From: a virus
UHGV virus genome: UHGV-1376088
DNA: 64,000 nt
Reading direction: 5' to 3' (one strand)
The stretch's first letter is position 1. Each line of letters begins with the position of its first letter. The notes below the pieces were generated by a model. It was not told where the DNA came from. It was given only the letters and a program-made list of their open reading frames with translations, and searched no databases. Below are positions 61,395-64,000 of the stretch, piece after piece. Both the position numbers and the translations under genes were made by a program.

Positions 61395-63151
61395 GACTCT
61401 CCTCCAATCAACTCATATATTTCCATAAGTGAATCTTCGATATATGAATCTGAAACATCTTCAGTCTGACCAGCCAAATACAAAGAGTCAGAGAAGACAG
61501 AAACAATATCTTTTACGTTATTATCCATTTGTGAATCAGATATGTCAACAACCAATTTTACATGATTTTCAATGTATTCAGATAGTAACTCTTTATTTGG
61601 CATTGCTGCTCTAATTTCGTCTACTGGAAACAATGAATAACTTAGTGAATCACTGAACTGATTTTTAGGATTGGTTTTTGATACTGAAGCTTTCTTAGCA
61701 CCATCTGCTTTTGTCTTATTGCCGGAGCTATTTTCTTTTTTAGACTGCGCGGCGGCTGAAGCTGCAATCTTAGCTGTTTCAACTTGGTAAGTCGGAAGGA
61801 TCATTTCCTTGTCTTTGCCAATTCTTGAGATCTCTTTATCACCAATTTCTTTGTATCCAATCTCAAGTCTTGCTTCGTTGATTGACAATAGGCCACTGTT
61901 AAACATATTAAGGATATGTGATTCTATCTTAATACGTGCATCCTGGTCAACATGGTTAAATTTAAACTTAACCAAATCTTCTTCTGGAATCATATATTCT
62001 GCTTCATACATTCCAGATTCAACTAGTAGAGGTTTAAACAGAACATGAGTAATAAACTCTGCTATTGCATCCTGTTTATTAATAACTGCCTCTTTTAGTG
62101 TTTGTGAGATAATTTGACCTGTTGCTTTACCGGAAGAATCGCCGATACCCATGTCGATATCTGAGACACCAAGACCCAACATTACGCGGTCTTTGAAATA
62201 CTCTAGGTAACTCTCTACTCTTAATGCCAACGATTCAGACCCAATGGCTTTTACCTCTACGCGTTCACTCGTAGTAATACCGCCATATTCATCTAGCTCC
62301 TGCATTACATATCCCATCTTTTCAACTTCATCGCTTCCATCGATAAGGATTTTTGCCGGGTTAGACTCTGTACCAACCTTGACGTGAATCATTGGGAAGA
62401 TACCCTTATAAATCAGTGTTTCAACTGATTCTTCAATTCGTCTCAATGCAAGGATGTCGTCTTTTACCGCTTCTAATGGAGGTGTACCCATTGTAAAGCC
62501 TGAGCGGGCATTGTATTTAAGATGTCTAACTTTTTCTGGTGAAAATAATCTAAATGTTGCCGGATCTAAATACTGCTTATACATTTCAACGTCACCGTTC
62601 TCTTTTAGTTTACGTTGAATTGTTTCTGTAGGTAAATTGAACCATCCTGCAATAGGTTCTAGCTCTTTATTACCCACATTAACAGTTTCTCCAGTAGATT
62701 TATTTTCATTTCGAACCACTAAGATGTAAGAATTATGAAACATTACAAGATTGTAGGCCATCTCTTCTATGAAGTTTCTAAATGTTAGACCTGTTACATA
62801 TTCTATTTCTCTAATCCTAGATTTTATATATTCGACATTCTTTGGATTGTTCGATTCGAAATAGTAGCCATTTTTAAATATTAGCGCTCTTTGTCTCTCA
62901 AACGCTTTGGCAACTATAGCTTCGGTATCAATAATTCTAGAGTATTCAAATAGATCATACTCGTGATTTTTAAAACCGCTATAAATTACATCATTAAATC
63001 CGCCGGTTCTTTTTCCAAAATAAGACAGGCCTGGGTTGGATAAGGACTGTCTTTTTATACCTAGAGCTTTACTGCTCAAAGCATCCTTAATTACCTTTGG
63101 ATTTGAAGAATAATTAGTATTCAAAAGAATGCCTATATCTTCATTTTTCAT
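61391..63151 (-). CDS. Putative portal protein (586 aa).
   Basis: Size and position immediately upstream of the protease/scaffold-like and capsid genes. Assignment by synteny only. Confidence 0.45.
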   Translation of the reverse strand: MKNEDIGILLNTNYSSNPKVIKDALSSKALGIKRQSLSNPGLSYFGKRTGGFNDVIYSGFKNHEYDLFEYSRIIDTEAIVAKAFERQRALIFKNGYYFESNNPKNVEYIKSRIREIEYVTGLTFRNFIEEMAYNLVMFHNSYILVVRNENKSTGETVNVGNKELEPIAGWFNLPTETIQRKLKENGDVEMYKQYLDPATFRLFSPEKVRHLKYNARSGFTMGTPPLEAVKDDILALRRIEESVETLIYKGIFPMIHVKVGTESNPAKILIDGSDEVEKMGYVMQELDEYGGITTSERVEVKAIGSESLALRVESYLEYFKDRVMLGLGVSDIDMGIGDSSGKATGQIISQTLKEAVINKQDAIAEFITHVLFKPLLVESGMYEAEYMIPEEDLVKFKFNHVDQDARIKIESHILNMFNSGLLSINEARLEIGYKEIGDKEISRIGKDKEMILPTYQVETAKIAASAAAQSKKENSSGNKTKADGAKKASVSKTNPKNQFSDSLSYSLFPVDEIRAAMPNKELLSEYIENHVKLVVDISDSQMDNNVKDIVSVFSDSLYLAGQTEDVSDSYIEDSLMEIYELIGGES

Positions 63152-63990
63152 TATTGGTCTCCGAGTTTATTAAGGACGTTCTCTATGTCTGTAATACAGT
63201 CTAGCTGTCCAAGTGGGGAATTCGAATCATTAGATTTACTAAAGTTTGCTATCAGTCGTTCTACACTCTCAACCGCAGTAGGGGTCGGTGCACCATTATT
63301 GGTTTGAATACGTCCAGTCGAATCGACAATCTTAATGCTACCATCCTCATTTACAATTCTTACTGAAGAGTCTGTTAAACCGTCAACAATATTATCATCT
63401 TTTGTTTTAATTTGTCTATCTTTGATGATTTTATTCAGATCTTCGTCTATGAATGTAATTTCATTTGATGTTCTAGCAGGATCTGTTGCACCGTTATATT
63501 TATCAATAAAGCCTATAACGTTTTGAATATGCTTAGGGATGCTCCAGTCGGGATCATCGGTATTTATGACCAATGGAATGATGGATGTATTTGGTCTACC
63601 GTAATCATATTTTGAATCCGGGATTATTGTTACTTTCCATGGTGACGGATTCCATTCGTCAATTTTGATATTAGGAAAGTCGTATTTGGATATTTCTTCA
63701 ATTAGCCCCGGAACCGTTACAGACCTTGCAAAGTCATCAAGATTACATGAGTAAAATGAAAGGTTGTCCTTATTACCATCGCTATCATCTTTTATTGCAA
63801 CAGCGATTGCATTCCCTTTTTCATCTGTTATAAGATCAATGTCCGAACCAATAGTATCTGCAATTACAGACCCTATATTACCTATAGACAGATTTCCGTC
63901 TATGGCGGAAGTATCGTTATCTTCCCCGAAGTTTGGTTGTCCGGATGGAGCATTACAGATTTTTTCGATAGCAGCTTTTCCTGACTTCAT
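63151..63990 (-). CDS. Hypothetical protein (279 aa), an acidic, Asp/Asn-rich head-module protein.
   Basis: ORF coupled to the portal-like gene by a 1-nt overlap. The start lies near the window edge. Confidence 0.4.
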   Translation of the reverse strand: MKSGKAAIEKICNAPSGQPNFGEDNDTSAIDGNLSIGNIGSVIADTIGSDIDLITDEKGNAIAVAIKDDSDGNKDNLSFYSCNLDDFARSVTVPGLIEEISKYDFPNIKIDEWNPSPWKVTIIPDSKYDYGRPNTSIIPLVINTDDPDWSIPKHIQNVIGFIDKYNGATDPARTSNEITFIDEDLNKIIKDRQIKTKDDNIVDGLTDSSVRIVNEDGSIKIVDSTGRIQTNNGAPTPTAVESVERLIANFSKSNDSNSPLGQLDCITDIENVLNKLGDQ

Positions 63991-64000
63991 TCTGACAATA

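Overview
The whole 64 kb window is one densely packed virion-structural (late) gene block of a large contractile-tailed (myovirus-type) bacteriophage, either a lytic phage or a prophage structural region. The genome is AT-rich. Essentially every real gene (about 43) lies on the minus strand, with almost no intergenic DNA and many ATGA/TAATG start-stop overlaps, indicating translational coupling. In transcriptional order (high to low coordinate) I see: a head module, a block of unknown virion proteins, neck-region proteins, tail sheath and tube, two chaperone-like proteins, three giant glycine-zipper proteins, a putative baseplate cluster, and tail fibers.

The strongest calls:
- Tail sheath, 751 aa (38094..40349).
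- Tail tube, 234 aa (37344..38048), with two tube-fold paralogs downstream.
- One tube paralog (35913..37313) is fused to a staphylococcal-nuclease (SNase/thermonuclease) domain.
- An M23 peptidase domain inside the 1964-aa giant protein (19288..25182).
- Two collagen-like (G-X-Y) fiber proteins (1..1054 and 1091..1969); the first is truncated by the window edge.
- A rho-independent terminator after the putative major capsid gene (57461..57503).

Assignments for portal, protease/scaffold, major capsid and baseplate proteins rest on gene order, size and weak motifs and are tentative. Sheath, tube and capsid genes form codon-usage islands rich in CGT/CTG/GGT/ACC codons, consistent with high expression in an enterobacterial-type host. 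I saw no tRNA, CRISPR, integrase or other mobile element. All plus-strand ORFs in the track look like antisense artefacts.
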